61,771 bases of DNA from Phycisphaerae bacterium (GTDB lineage Bacteria > Planctomycetota > Phycisphaerae > UBA1845). Shown piece by piece: positions 35,193 through 45,297 of this stretch. The stretch lies in the NCBI GenBank assembly GCA_016929015.1, contig JAFGJQ010000043.1, positions 1 through 61,771 on the forward strand. The letters run 5' to 3'. The translations under genes were made by a program, and so were the position numbers. The notes beneath the pieces are model-generated. The model had not been told where the DNA came from and did not search any database. It saw only the letters and a list, made by a program, of their open reading frames with translations. Each line of letters begins with the position of its first letter. The first letter of the stretch is position 1.

Positions 35193-38100
35193 TCACTTCG
35201 GCTTGATCCAGGAGACGTGGGCCTTCAGCTTGCCTGCCCGCTCCTGCAGAGCGGCCAGGTTCTCCGGCGTGTCGCTGGCCAGTTCGACAATGTACTCCGT
35301 GGTCCCGCCGGCGGGCGAGGACACGACGGTGTTCACGCTGACGTTGGGAATCGGTTGCAGGACGTAGTAGTAGTCATCGTCGTAGATCAGGATCCGCCAT
35401 CGGTCGCCCGTCGACCCCTCCCACGTGAAGTAAGCCTTGATCCCCTGCGACGCGCCGTCCACGACGTGCGGCCCGACCTGGCACGCAAGCACTTTGGCAT
35501 CCTGGTACGTTTCGAGGCTGATCGCTGCGCCCCCCAGATCGACGCGATGCCCGTCGATGATGGCATCGACGCCGACGTTGCCGCCCACCTGCCCGGGCCA
35601 CTGCAGACCGCGGAACACGGCCAGCGGCGAATCGGATGTACCATCCACACCGGCGATGCCCCACCCGCTCGGCCCCACGCCACCGGCAGACCAGCGGTAT
35701 TCGAGAATGCCGCCGGCAATGGCCGGTTCGGCACGGGCGACGGCCGTCACCGCGCCGTTGTCCGTTTCCAGGCGGGCGGTCGTCGGCGAAATGCTGACGC
35801 TGGGACCGATGACCACCGGACACGTCTCTCTCGCGGCTTCGCCGGGGACCGTTGCCGTGACGATCGCAACGCCCGCGTCATTGGAACTGACCTGGGCGAG
35901 GGCCCAGCCATTCTCCGACGTGGTCACCGTGGGGGGACTGAGAAGCTCGCCGACCCCGCTCACCGTAAACCGCACGGTCTTGCCCGCCATGCGCTGCCCC
36001 TGGCCGTCGCTGACCACGGCATTGCACGTCACGCCGATGCCTGGCTCGGTTGTCACGCCCTCGGGAATGAACTCGATTTTCATTCGGTTCGATCCGACGT
36101 TGACGGTCGCATCATCGAGACCCAGCGAGACCAGTTGTCCGTCCGCCGCTTCGAAGACTTCTACGGTGACGTGGTCGCTGCCTGATCCGGTCTTGCCGGT
36201 GATGTAGAGCGCCTCGCCCCGACTGCTGTCCTGCGTATTGCCGCCGCGAAGATCGCCAAGGTACCCCGTGTTGCGCCAGCGATAGATCAACTGCGCGCTT
36301 GCCGGTGGCACCGGGCTGACGTTTGCCCGCAGCTCGGCCGTACCGCGAACCGGGATGACCGTCTGCTTGGGCGAAATCGAAACCACGTAGGGCGAAATGC
36401 GCACGACCGCCTGGGCCGACCCGAGCCGGTCGCGCTGGCCGTCTGCCTGCTTGTAGGCTTCGACGGTGATGAAGTCGCTGCCCCGGCCGTTCGGGTTTGC
36501 CGTGTAGACCGGTGTTCCGCCGGTTGTCTCGAACTGGTCGATGCCACCTTCGAAGGCCAGATGGCCGGCCGTTCCGGTGTTCTTCCAGACATAGACCACG
36601 TCGCCGTCCTGCGGCACGGGATCGATGCTGACGGTGAACGTCTGCTGTTCGTCCGGCTCCAGTGTGACCGTCGCCGGTTGCACCGTCACCTTGGTGCCGT
36701 TCACGTTCACGGTTGCCGACGCCGTGCCGACGGGCACTCGCTCTTGTCCGTCGAGTTCGAACACGTCCGCGGTGATCGTGTCCGTGCCTCGCGGCTCGCG
36801 ATCGGCGATGTAGTAGACGAACTCGCTCGAGCTGTCGTAGTCGTCGCTCGGGCCGGACAGGCTGCCCGCCAGGCCGGTGTTGCGCCAGTGGTAGACGAAC
36901 ACGGGGTCTTCCTGGCCGACGTTGCCCGTGGCCTCGGGCACCTTCGCCTCCAGTCGCACCTGGTCGTAGGGCTGTATGTCGGACGACGCCGGGTCAAGCC
37001 TGACCTGGGGCGGCGAGACGTCCACGGTCCAGACCTCGGCCATGCGCACGTTCAGCAAGGCGCCGATGACCTGCAGCACGTCGAAGTTGTACAGAATCTG
37101 ATCCACCACGCCCACGGCGGCCAGCACCTTGTTGGCCATGCCCAATGCGGTGGCGCCGGACTCGGCCCCGCCCGCGCCGGCGACCTGAATGAGATCCATG
37201 ACCAGGTCCAGCGTCTTCTTCATGAAGAAGCTGCTGGTCGACAGGCCGCCCCAGGCCGCATCAAGGGCGCCGCGCAGATCGCCCTTGTCCATCGCCTCCT
37301 TGATGGCCGGAATCGTTCCGGTCATCGTGCCGATGTAGTCCACCACCGCGTCGTTCGCCGTGAAGAACCGCTCGTATTCGTCCGACTGCATCTGCAGGCC
37401 GGGCGCCACCACGTTGACCACCAGCGGCAGGAATATGTCCTGCACGAACCACGTCAACGCCACCTCTCGCTGCTTCGCCTGCTGGTACTCCGGCAGCGTG
37501 AACAGGGGCCCGAACGTATCGCCGAAGCCCAACACGCTCACCTTGTACCGTGTAATCGTTGAGCCGGGCACGACAGGCAGCCGTGTCAAGGCCGTGCTGA
37601 CCTCGGCGTACGCGTAATCGCCGTTGATGATGTCCGTGAAGGTTCCGACCGCCCCGTTCAGGCCCTTGACCGACGGGACGGCCATTTCGGTGAGTCTCTC
37701 GGGGGACTCGTGCCACAGGTTGTCCTCGCCGTACCACGAGTCGCGATCGATGAATGCATAACCCGCTCGCCGGAAACGGTTGCGGAAGTAGATCCGGTTC
37801 ACGCCGACCTGGTTGATGCGCACGCCGCTCTGCTCGTCCGACGGATCGGTGAGCACGCGAGCGGCCTCGGTTTTTGGCTGCGGCGCGAATCCCCAGCCCT
37901 GCAGCAGATCGGTCAGGGCATCGCGAACCGGCGCGTTGTCTCGCGAGAGGCTGTCACTGGATTCGGCCAGGCTCGTTCGAATCGCGTCCGCCAAGGCATC
38001 CACTGCCGGCTCCGCCGCGATCTGCCGGATGTATTCCGCCCTGCCGTCATCCGTCAGTGCGAATCCGCCCGATCCGAAGAAGGCGAGCACCTCCGCCGTC

Positions 38101-38465
38101 GTCCGCACGCTGATCGTGCCGCCCTCGGGACCGACCCAGCCCATCAACAGCGGGTGATCGGCGCCGTCGGCGACAATGACCAACTGCAATCCCTCGCCGT
38201 ACGCCGCGATCTCGCACGTACCATCCTGCCCGACTTCGCCGGCCCCAAAGCCGGTCAGTGCTCGCATTGTGCCGACACCGGCCAGTTCGTCCGGCAGATC
38301 GACCTGGGCCGTTCGCGTGGTCAGGCCGTCATTCGAGCCGGATCCATCGTCGACCCGCCCGGGTTGTGAAGGAGCACGACACGACGCGCCCAACAACACG
38401 ACCAAGCCGGATAGCATCACCACCAGACGAGCGAGCTGCAGCCGAAACACCCTTGTCATGCTCAT
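35193..38465 (-). CDS. ~1,090-aa lipoprotein with bacterial Ig-like (Big_1-type) domain and four ~95-aa internal repeats
   Basis: Start at MSMTRVFRLQLARLVVMLSGLVVLLGASC (lipobox). Repeats begin YHWRNTGLAG / YVWKNTGTAG / YRWRNTGYLG / YRWSAGGVG and end ...ITADVFELDGQ / ITVEAYKQADGQ / VTVEVFEAADGQ. Big_1-like: VRFTVSGVGELLSPPTVTTSENGWALAQVSSNDAGVAIVTATV. Confidence 0.8.
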   Translation of the reverse strand: MSMTRVFRLQLARLVVMLSGLVVLLGASCRAPSQPGRVDDGSGSNDGLTTRTAQVDLPDELAGVGTMRALTGFGAGEVGQDGTCEIAAYGEGLQLVIVADGADHPLLMGWVGPEGGTISVRTTAEVLAFFGSGGFALTDDGRAEYIRQIAAEPAVDALADAIRTSLAESSDSLSRDNAPVRDALTDLLQGWGFAPQPKTEAARVLTDPSDEQSGVRINQVGVNRIYFRNRFRRAGYAFIDRDSWYGEDNLWHESPERLTEMAVPSVKGLNGAVGTFTDIINGDYAYAEVSTALTRLPVVPGSTITRYKVSVLGFGDTFGPLFTLPEYQQAKQREVALTWFVQDIFLPLVVNVVAPGLQMQSDEYERFFTANDAVVDYIGTMTGTIPAIKEAMDKGDLRGALDAAWGGLSTSSFFMKKTLDLVMDLIQVAGAGGAESGATALGMANKVLAAVGVVDQILYNFDVLQVIGALLNVRMAEVWTVDVSPPQVRLDPASSDIQPYDQVRLEAKVPEATGNVGQEDPVFVYHWRNTGLAGSLSGPSDDYDSSSEFVYYIADREPRGTDTITADVFELDGQERVPVGTASATVNVNGTKVTVQPATVTLEPDEQQTFTVSIDPVPQDGDVVYVWKNTGTAGHLAFEGGIDQFETTGGTPVYTANPNGRGSDFITVEAYKQADGQRDRLGSAQAVVRISPYVVSISPKQTVIPVRGTAELRANVSPVPPASAQLIYRWRNTGYLGDLRGGNTQDSSRGEALYITGKTGSGSDHVTVEVFEAADGQLVSLGLDDATVNVGSNRMKIEFIPEGVTTEPGIGVTCNAVVSDGQGQRMAGKTVRFTVSGVGELLSPPTVTTSENGWALAQVSSNDAGVAIVTATVPGEAARETCPVVIGPSVSISPTTARLETDNGAVTAVARAEPAIAGGILEYRWSAGGVGPSGWGIAGVDGTSDSPLAVFRGLQWPGQVGGNVGVDAIIDGHRVDLGGAAISLETYQDAKVLACQVGPHVVDGASQGIKAYFTWEGSTGDRWRILIYDDDYYYVLQPIPNVSVNTVVSSPAGGTTEYIVELASDTPENLAALQERAGKLKAHVSWIKPK

Positions 38466-38746
38466 TTCCCGATCCGCATTCGTTGGTTGTTGTTTGGCTG
38501 ACCGACCAAGCATCAGGACCAGCCGGTAACCTGGGGGCTCCCCTTCTCCCGGACTGACGTGCGAGTCCAACTTGTCGTGACTCCAATCCCCTGTGTCAGC
38601 CTTCCCATTCGACCTTGCCCTGCTACGCCGCCGGGCGGTGTTCCACCATTGTATCAGCACCCCCGCCCCGCTGCGCCTACCCCGCTTTCGAGTCATAGCG
38701 GTCCGCCGGGCTGATGAAGAACGCCCGTCTGGATGCCGGGGGCACT

Positions 38747-38863
38747 GGATTGCGGGCGCAGCCCGCGCTGCGTTTTTGCGTTTCTTTGTTTCCGCGTTTC
38801 GTAGCTGTTCAGCGGAACTGCGTCACGTCGGGCCAATCTACGTCGGCCAGGTCGGCAAGGCGG
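38747..38863. repeat. surE 3' end plus downstream hairpin (copy B, the functional copy)
   Basis: See copy A at 35019-35117. The two copies are in direct orientation, 3,728 bp apart. Confidence 0.85.
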
Positions 38864-39582
38864 GAGCGCTCCGTCAGGTCGACGTGAAGGGGAGTCAACG
38901 TGACGAAGCCGTCGCGCAGGGCGCGGAGGTCCGTGTTCGCGTCCGAGCCGAAGTCCTTGAAGCTGCCACGCAGCCAGAATTGCTTTGTGCCGAACGGGCC
39001 GGCCTGCTCCACGTAGTAGTCGTCCATGATCTGGACCGCCTGCGGCACGACGCGGATGCCTTTGGGACGGCCCTCCGTGAGCGAGGGGATGTTCATGTTG
39101 ATGAGCTTGCCGGCCGGCAGGTGCTGGTGAAGCAAAAGTTCGATGATCCCCCGCGCGATCCGCGCGGCCCCGCCGAAGTCCAGCTCGTCACCGTGTTCCA
39201 GCGAGACGGCCACCGCGGGGAGGCCCAGCAGGGCGCCCTCCGCGGCGGCGGCCACCGTGCCCGAGTACAGCACGTTGATGCTCACGTTTGCCCCGTCGTT
39301 GATGCCGGAGACCACCAGGTCCGGCCGGGGCTGGACCAACTGGCTGACTGCCAGCTTCACGCAGTCGGCCGGCCGGCCGCCGATTGACCAGCCGTGGAAT
39401 TCGTTCTGAACGTGGACCCAACTGGCGGTCAGAGGGGCGTTGATGGTGATGGCGTGGGCAGAGGCGGACTGGGCGGAATCCGGGGCGGCCACACTGACCT
39501 GGCCGAGCCTGGCCAGTTCGCGATACATGGCGGCCAGCCCGGGGGCGAGGATCCCGTCGTCGTTGGTCAGCAGAATGTGCAT
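38809..39582 (-). CDS. surE: 5'/3'-nucleotidase SurE
   Basis: MHILLTNDDGILAPGLAAMYREL...GINDGANVSINVLYSGTVAAAAEGALLG. The start is an internal ATG of track ORF 38809..39654. Confidence 0.9.
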   Translation of the reverse strand: MHILLTNDDGILAPGLAAMYRELARLGQVSVAAPDSAQSASAHAITINAPLTASWVHVQNEFHGWSIGGRPADCVKLAVSQLVQPRPDLVVSGINDGANVSINVLYSGTVAAAAEGALLGLPAVAVSLEHGDELDFGGAARIARGIIELLLHQHLPAGKLINMNIPSLTEGRPKGIRVVPQAVQIMDDYYVEQAGPFGTKQFWLRGSFKDFGSDANTDLRALRDGFVTLTPLHVDLTERSRLADLADVDWPDVTQFR

Positions 39583-39665
39583 TGCGGGTGATTCTAGGAG
39601 TGGCCGGTCGGGTGTCAACGCGGGCCGGGGTACCCGCGGAGCGGTCCGGCGCATACAATGGAGCG

Positions 39666-40352
39666 ATGAGCCGCAGCCTGACGCGAGACGAGGTTCGCCG
39701 GGTGGATGGGATCGCGATCCACGAGTTGGGGATTCCCGGGGTCGTGCTGATGGAAAACGCGGGCCGGAACGCCGCGGACCGCGTGGCGGATCTGTTGCGA
39801 AGCCGAAGCGCCGACCGGGTAGCGGTTTTTGCCGGTCCGGGGAACAACGGCGGCGATGGCTTTGTCATTGCCCGGCACCTGCTGAACCGGGGCATCGATA
39901 CGCGGGTCTTTCTAGTCGGCGACGCGGCGCGGTTGACGGCGGATGCCGGAACGAACCACCGGATTCTGCGTGCGATGGGCGTGGAGGTTCCCGCCTTGCA
40001 CGGCGAAGAGGCCGCCCACAAGGCGGCCGAGCAGATTCGGCCGAAGGACATCGTGGTAGATGCGCTGCTGGGGACGGGGTCCCGCGGCGACGTGCGGGAA
40101 CCCCTGGCCGGTGTGATTCTGGCGATCAACGCCGCGGACAAGGCGGGCGTGGTGGCGGTGGACGTGCCGTCCGGGCTGGATTGCGACACGGGGCGGCCGG
40201 CCAACGCAACGATTCGGGCCGATCGGACGGTGACGTTTGTGGCGAGCAAGACAGGGTTCGCGGCGGCCGGCGCGTGCGAATATACCGGCGAAGTTTTTGT
40301 TGCGGACATCGGAGCGCCGCCGGATTTGATCGAACGGGTGTCGAATGGTTGA
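39666..40352 (+). CDS. nnrE: NAD(P)H-hydrate epimerase (YjeF N-terminal domain only)
   Basis: LTRDEVRRVDGIAIHELGIPGVVLMENAGRNAADRV...VAVFAGPGNNGGDGFVIARHL...VDALLGTG...AVDVPSGLD. Confidence 0.85.
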   Translation: MSRSLTRDEVRRVDGIAIHELGIPGVVLMENAGRNAADRVADLLRSRSADRVAVFAGPGNNGGDGFVIARHLLNRGIDTRVFLVGDAARLTADAGTNHRILRAMGVEVPALHGEEAAHKAAEQIRPKDIVVDALLGTGSRGDVREPLAGVILAINAADKAGVVAVDVPSGLDCDTGRPANATIRADRTVTFVASKTGFAAAGACEYTGEVFVADIGAPPDLIERVSNG

Positions 40353-40385
40353 ATGGGATTCGGCTTTCGAGGATGAAACACGGAA

Positions 40386-41567
40386 ATGAGAAGGCCACTT
40401 TCAGAATGGCTGTCGGTCGGGAGCGCCGGGCGCGCGCGGGTACGGGCGCTGTCGGCGTGTGTTCTCATCCTCATCGCGTGCGGTGGAGTCCGGGCCCAGG
40501 AGACGCCGATTCCGATCGATGAAGCGGCGGAAGCGGAACTTCTCGAGATCGCAGGCGACGGGTTCCGGATCGAGCGGACCGACCACTTCGTGATCGCGCA
40601 CAACACGTCGCCGGACGTGCTGCGGAGCTTTCTGGTCCGGGCGGAGCGAACGTACGACGCCGTGTTCCGGTTCTGCCGGGCGGGGGAGATTCCCGTTCGG
40701 GCACCATCGCACCGGCTGGCGATCGTTTTTTTTGATCGGCCGGAGGAGTTCACGCAGTATGGAGAGCGGGTCGGTTTCTCCAACCCGGTCGCCAGCGGCA
40801 TCTTCTCCATCCACCTGAATCGGGCGGCGTTCTTCAACACGGAGAACACGCCGCGGATGAGCGAGCTGTCGGCCGTCATTTCGGGACTGGAGGGGCAACT
40901 GGCCGGCGGCGGCGGGGTGGGCGGCAACGAACGGCGTGCCGTTCGCAAGCAGCTTCAGCGGGCGCGAAACCAGCGTGAGCAGTATGTGACCCAGATCAAC
41001 CAGCTCGTGATCCAGCACGAGGTGACGCATCAGGTGCTGTACAACATCGGCGTGCACACGGCCGGTGCGCAGAACCCGACGTGGCTTGCGGAGGGGCTGG
41101 CGTGCCTGTTCGAGACGCCGCCGGGTTCGAGGGGGGCGGGTTTCACGGCGGTCAACCAGGCCCGGCTTCGCGATTTCCGGACGTGCCTGACGGCGAAGGG
41201 TTTGAGCCAACTGCCGCAGGCCGGCAACCTGGTCCACGCATACCGCAGCGGCGAACTTGTTCCGCTGAAGCAGCTCATCGGCGACGCGGCGTTTCTGGTG
41301 CGCGGCGGCAATCCGAACATTGCCAACCACTATGCCCAGGCGTGGTCCCTGGTATTCTATCTCCAGCGCACGCAGCAGAATGCCTTTGCCCGGTACATCC
41401 AGACGATCGCCCAGCGCCGGCCGGAGGATCGCTTCACCGAACAGCAGGAGATCGAGGCGTTTGAAGCGGTCTTCGGCCCGATCGATGCGCGGTTCGAGCA
41501 GCGCTGGGTTAGCTGCGTCCTGAACCTGCCGTATCGTCCGGGCGAGATTGCCGATCCGGGTCTGTGA
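40386..41567 (+). CDS. secreted hypothetical protein with HExxH-like motif (DUF1570-like)
   Basis: Signal peptide ALSACVLILIACGGVRAQ. Motifs HEVTHQVLYN and AEGLACLFE. The family assignment is from memory of planctomycetal DUF1570 proteins. Confidence 0.6.
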   Translation: MRRPLSEWLSVGSAGRARVRALSACVLILIACGGVRAQETPIPIDEAAEAELLEIAGDGFRIERTDHFVIAHNTSPDVLRSFLVRAERTYDAVFRFCRAGEIPVRAPSHRLAIVFFDRPEEFTQYGERVGFSNPVASGIFSIHLNRAAFFNTENTPRMSELSAVISGLEGQLAGGGGVGGNERRAVRKQLQRARNQREQYVTQINQLVIQHEVTHQVLYNIGVHTAGAQNPTWLAEGLACLFETPPGSRGAGFTAVNQARLRDFRTCLTAKGLSQLPQAGNLVHAYRSGELVPLKQLIGDAAFLVRGGNPNIANHYAQAWSLVFYLQRTQQNAFARYIQTIAQRRPEDRFTEQQEIEAFEAVFGPIDARFEQRWVSCVLNLPYRPGEIADPGL

Positions 41568-41583
41568 CGGCGGCGGCCGGCGC

Positions 41584-44310
41584 TCAACCGGGGTGCGGCA
41601 CGGCCCTCCGCGCAACATTCCTTCGGATCAGTTCGATGAGTTTCATGCGATCGATGGGTTTGCTGGCGTAGTCGTCACAGCCGGCCTCCAGACAGGCCGT
41701 CTTGTCCTGGGCCATGGCGTGCGCGGTCAGGGCAATGATCGTGCCGGTGTAGCCCCGGCGGCGAAGCCGCCGCGTTGCCTCGTAGCCGTCCATCTCCGGC
41801 ATCTGAATATCCATGAGAATCACATCGAAGGCCCGGTTCTGATCCTGCGCCGCGGAGGCGACGTGCAGCGCGATCCGACCGTTTTCCACGACGGTCACGT
41901 CGGCCCCCGCCCGGCGGAGAACGTGCGCGATGAGCTGCTGGTTGTCCGGCCCGTCCTCTGCCAGCAGGATACGGCAATTCAAGGCGGCGTCCGCGGAACG
42001 GTCCGCCGGTGCGGATCGCGTGCCCGAACGGACAAACGTCGCTTCCTGCGGGTTCTCCAGCATGGGCACGTTGTCCAGCGGGCCGGTCCGGACAGCGATG
42101 CGGAAGCAGGTGCCCTGCCCCGGCCGGGAATAGAGCACGCGCACATCGCCGCCGAGCATCTCGGCCAGCCGCTTGCTGATGGTCAGGCCCAGCCCCGTGC
42201 CTCCGAAACGCCGGGTCGTGGAGGCATCGGCCTGGGTAAACGGCTGGAAGAGGCCGGCTCGTTGGTCCTCGGTCATCCCGATGCCGGTATCCACGACATC
42301 GAACTCCAGCATCGGGTCTTCCGGCTGCCGATTCAGACGGACGATGAGCCGCACGCCGCCGACCTCGGTGAATTTGAAGGCGTTGCCCACCACGTTGATC
42401 AGGATCTGACGCAGGCGGGTGGGGTCGGTGCGGATGGTCTGGGGAATGGGGCCCTCGTACTCGATGCTGAGCGACAGGCCCTTCGCATCCTGCCGGACGC
42501 GCATCAGAGACGCCAGGTCGGCAAGAATCTCACACGGCGAGCAGGTCAGCGTCTCGAGCGTGACCCGGCCCACCTCGATCTTGGAGAGGTCGAGAATGTC
42601 ATTGATGAGCTGCAGCAGGTGGTCCGCGTTGCGGACCACGGTGGCCAGGTGCTCCGCGTGTTCGCGCCGGCCGAAGGGGCAGGTGCGGGGGCAGCCCTCC
42701 GCGACGAGGTTGACGAACCCCAGGATGGCATTCATGGGAGTGCGGATTTCGTGGCTCATGTTGGCCAGAAAGGCGCTTTTGGCCCGAGTGGCGGCTTCCG
42801 CGGTGTCCTTCGCTGAACCCAGTTCCTCCAGCGCCGCCTCCAGCTTCCGGGAGGTCCGCCTTTCGCGATCCAGGGCCTCCGCCAGCAGAGTGTTGTTCTC
42901 GCGGAGTTCCGCCTCGGCACGCTTGCGGTCCGTGATGTCGAGGAACGTTTCAAGCAGGTAGGCGTGATCGTTCACCATGAAGGGCACGACCGTTTTGAGG
43001 ATGGGGATGGTGCGTCCGTCCCCTGCATGCAAATCAGACTCGTTGGTCTCGCTGCCCATTCCCCGGTCGAGAATCGGACACATTCCGTCCTGCGGCGGGC
43101 AGATGTAGGTGTGACAGGACCGGCCGACGATCGCCTCGCGGTCCTGTCCGATCATGCGACAGGCCGCGGGGTTTGCCTCCACGATGGTTCGCGTGCCGGC
43201 ATCCACGGCAACCACGCCGGCCTGAACCGAGTCCAGGATGGTCTGGAGCCGCTGCTCACTTTCCTGCAGCGACCTTCGCGCCCGCTCGGCCTCACCGCGG
43301 GCCAGTTCGGCGTCCTCCATCATGTCGAAGGCGGCCTGGGCGGCTCGCTCTCGTTCGTGGACGGCCTCTCGCAGTTCCGCATTCGCCCGGGCCAGTTCGC
43401 TTGTCCGGGCGGCCACACGTTGTTCCAGCGAATCGCGAGCCACCCGCAGATTGTCGGCCAACGTGTTGAAACTCCTGCCGAGCACGGCAATTTCGTCGTT
43501 CCCGGACACGACGAGCGGGTCATGAAAAACACGATCGGCCTGGTCCGCGATCTGCCGGAAGTGCTCCGTGATGAGAGCGAGCCGCACGGACACCAGCCGG
43601 CGGAAGACATAGACGATGGTGAAGAACAACATCGCCAGCCCCGCCAGCATGATGGAGGACTGGCGAATCATGCCGGCCGTCATGTGAGCGTTGGCTTTGT
43701 CGGTGGGAATGGCCACGGTGTCCAACGCAATGACTTCTCCGACGGGTCGATGGAAGCCGGCGGCGTCGCCGTAGCGTTCCCGAAGGACCGCCGGCGCATC
43801 CTCCGGCCGGCCGTGACATCGAAGGCAGCTTTCGTTCATGCGCCGCGCGCTGAAGTGCGCGTAATACTCCCGCCCGTCCAGTCGGATGTGGCCCGACCAT
43901 CGCTCAACGTCCGGGTGTTCGTTGAAGTAGCGGATCATGGCCAGTTCGTCGGTCGTGGCCTGGTTGGCAGGGTTGCGGGGATTGTCGGAGGAGAACTTGA
44001 GAATATAGTCCGGGAACTGGGCGCGGACGTCTTCGAAAACGCTACGCGCCACGAAGCTCGTGGACATGCTCTCCGGGATGAACCCGTCCGGCCCCACGAA
44101 CCCCTCCATCACGGGCCGGATGCTCTGCTGGACGTAATCGCGGATGGCGAGTTCGAAGCTCAGGGCGAGCGACGCCGTCTGACGATGCAGCTCCTCAGCC
44201 TGACGCTTGGCGGAAGCGTGGGCACAGTAGAGCACCAGGCCGAGGGCAAGCGCGGCGATGACGCCCACCGGCAGCAGGAATCGTGTGGCAATGCTTCTCA
44301 TCGGCACCAT
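41584..44310 (-). CDS. hybrid sensor histidine kinase (DUF3365/heme-c-type sensor, HAMP, PAS, HisKA, HATPase, REC)
   Basis: CLRCHG lies in the periplasmic DUF3365-like domain. [18 protein letters not shown] is the H-box. Also [18 protein letters not shown] and a C-terminal REC with [20 protein letters not shown]. Start chosen at [11 protein letters not shown]. Confidence 0.9.
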   Translation of the reverse strand: MVPMRSIATRFLLPVGVIAALALGLVLYCAHASAKRQAEELHRQTASLALSFELAIRDYVQQSIRPVMEGFVGPDGFIPESMSTSFVARSVFEDVRAQFPDYILKFSSDNPRNPANQATTDELAMIRYFNEHPDVERWSGHIRLDGREYYAHFSARRMNESCLRCHGRPEDAPAVLRERYGDAAGFHRPVGEVIALDTVAIPTDKANAHMTAGMIRQSSIMLAGLAMLFFTIVYVFRRLVSVRLALITEHFRQIADQADRVFHDPLVVSGNDEIAVLGRSFNTLADNLRVARDSLEQRVAARTSELARANAELREAVHERERAAQAAFDMMEDAELARGEAERARRSLQESEQRLQTILDSVQAGVVAVDAGTRTIVEANPAACRMIGQDREAIVGRSCHTYICPPQDGMCPILDRGMGSETNESDLHAGDGRTIPILKTVVPFMVNDHAYLLETFLDITDRKRAEAELRENNTLLAEALDRERRTSRKLEAALEELGSAKDTAEAATRAKSAFLANMSHEIRTPMNAILGFVNLVAEGCPRTCPFGRREHAEHLATVVRNADHLLQLINDILDLSKIEVGRVTLETLTCSPCEILADLASLMRVRQDAKGLSLSIEYEGPIPQTIRTDPTRLRQILINVVGNAFKFTEVGGVRLIVRLNRQPEDPMLEFDVVDTGIGMTEDQRAGLFQPFTQADASTTRRFGGTGLGLTISKRLAEMLGGDVRVLYSRPGQGTCFRIAVRTGPLDNVPMLENPQEATFVRSGTRSAPADRSADAALNCRILLAEDGPDNQQLIAHVLRRAGADVTVVENGRIALHVASAAQDQNRAFDVILMDIQMPEMDGYEATRRLRRRGYTGTIIALTAHAMAQDKTACLEAGCDDYASKPIDRMKLIELIRRNVARRAVPHPG

Positions 44311-44634
44311 TCTTCGGAGGTCCGGCCGCTGACACGACTCGCGCCGGCGACAATCCGTTCCACGACGAGGCGAACTCGCCGCTGCCGGCAATGGCGAGCG
44401 AGCCTGTCCCATCAGGGAGGATCGCGCCCAATCGCTCAGCCAATCCGTGGCGATGCGCGGAGGGCTGCCCTGGGACCCAGGCCGGTTGCCGGACCTGCCA
44501 ACGGAGATATCGACGCCGCGAGCGGGCCGCTACGGCTTCGATTTCCATCAACCTCGCGGGCTACAGTCCGATACCTGCGGATGTGCGATGCGTCTGATAA
44601 GCGGCTTGGCCTTGGCGATTCGGGGCCGTCGGGA

Positions 44635-45297
44635 TCAGGCTTCGGCCAGGCCCTCGCGGATGGCGAAGCGGGCAAGCTCGACGCGGTTGTGAATGTCGAG
44701 CTTGGTCATGAGGTGGAACGTGTGCTGTTCCACCGTCTTGGCGCTGATCCCCATGAGCTGGGCGATTTCCTTGTTGAGCATGCCGCGGGCAATGTAGCGG
44801 ACAACCTCCAGCTCACGGCGGGTCAGTGACGACACCCGGGTCTGCACGGGATTGGTCAGCTTGGCCCCCTCGGAGTCCACGGTGATCCGCGACTGCACTT
44901 CGGGCGAGAAGTAAACCCCGCCCGCCGCCACGGTCTGAATGGCGTCGATCAGCTTGTCGGGCGGTTCGCTCTTGGTCACGTAGCCGGCGGCCTCGACGGC
45001 CAGGGCCTGCTCAATGTAACGATCGTGGTAGAACGCACTCACGAAGATGATGCTCGTTTCGGGAGACTGCGCGGTGATCGACCGGGCGGCGCTGAAGCAC
45101 CCCAGTCCCGGCATGTCGATGTCCATGAGCACGATGTCCGGTCGCTCGCGAACGGCCACGCTCAGCGCGTCGTCCGCATTGCTGACGGCGTCCACGACCT
45201 GAACGTTGTCCACGTCTTCCAGCCACTTGGCCAGCGCCCCTCGCATCATGGCGTGGTCGTCGGCAATCAGGATTCGCAGGGTCTTGGTCACGGTCAT
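44635..45297 (-). CDS. NarL/FixJ-family response regulator (REC + LuxR HTH)
   Basis: ILIADDHAMMRG...DIVLMDIDMPG... and LTRRELEVVRYIARGMLNKEIAQLMGISAKTVEQH. Its start overlaps the upstream kinase stop by 4 nt. Confidence 0.9.
   Translation of the reverse strand: MTVTKTLRILIADDHAMMRGALAKWLEDVDNVQVVDAVSNADDALSVAVRERPDIVLMDIDMPGLGCFSAARSITAQSPETSIIFVSAFYHDRYIEQALAVEAAGYVTKSEPPDKLIDAIQTVAAGGVYFSPEVQSRITVDSEGAKLTNPVQTRVSSLTRRELEVVRYIARGMLNKEIAQLMGISAKTVEQHTFHLMTKLDIHNRVELARFAIREGLAEA

Noticed and set aside
39188-40948. 586-aa minus-strand ORF spanning surE, nnrE and the start of the DUF1570-like gene
   Set aside because: It crosses three well-supported genes on two strands, and its Ser/Arg/Pro-rich composition is a GC artefact.
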